Assembly: GCA_037440825.1 (NCBI GenBank)
Contig: JBBITJ010000026.1
Location: forward strand, 1-10,459
Source: Candidatus Micrarchaeota archaeon
GTDB taxonomy: Archaea; Micrarchaeota; Micrarchaeia; Anstonellales; Bilamarchaeaceae
DNA length: 10,459 nt
Reading direction: 5' to 3'
Part shown: piece after piece, positions 10,432 through 10,459 of the stretch
Numbering within the stretch: position 1 is the first letter of the stretch
How the letters are laid out: each line of letters begins with the position of its first letter
Position numbers and translations under genes: made by a program
The notes under the pieces: model-generated
Databases searched by the model: none
What the model was told of the DNA's origin: nothing
The model's input: the letters and a program-made list of their open reading frames with translations, nothing else

Positions 10432-10436
10432 ATTGG

Positions 10437-10459
10437 CTATTCCTTCTCCAGCACCACCG
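10437..10459 (-). CDS. Possible 3' end of an upstream gene (...VVLEKE*)
   Basis: GTG GTG CTG GAG AAG GAA TAG with coding-like codons at the window edge. Too short to identify. Confidence 0.3.

Overview
Archaeal chromosomal window, probably from a DPANN/Micrarchaeota-like lineage. This is an inference from AGGTGA-type Shine-Dalgarno motifs, TATA-like boxes, CDC48 and a stand-alone Bud32. The core is a protein-quality-control cluster built around one 85-bp AT-rich divergent intergenic region (4813-4897). Leftward are grpE, an unannotated 49-aa small ORF, dnaK, dnaJ and then a partial orphan gene. Rightward are an uncharacterised winged-helix regulator and cdc48/VAT, which ends in an HbYX-type tail. 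The shared promoter contains a perfect TTGTTA-N3-TAACAA palindrome, a candidate operator for a possibly undescribed heat-shock regulon. Directly after cdc48 is a 128-nt highly structured element with 17-nt terminal inverted repeats and internal hairpins (MITE-like or structured RNA). It is followed by a membrane protein with a FlgA-C-terminal-like domain, an M50 site-2 protease, Bud32 and a convergent bacterial-type glyA. No transposase, CRISPR array, rRNA or tRNA was seen.
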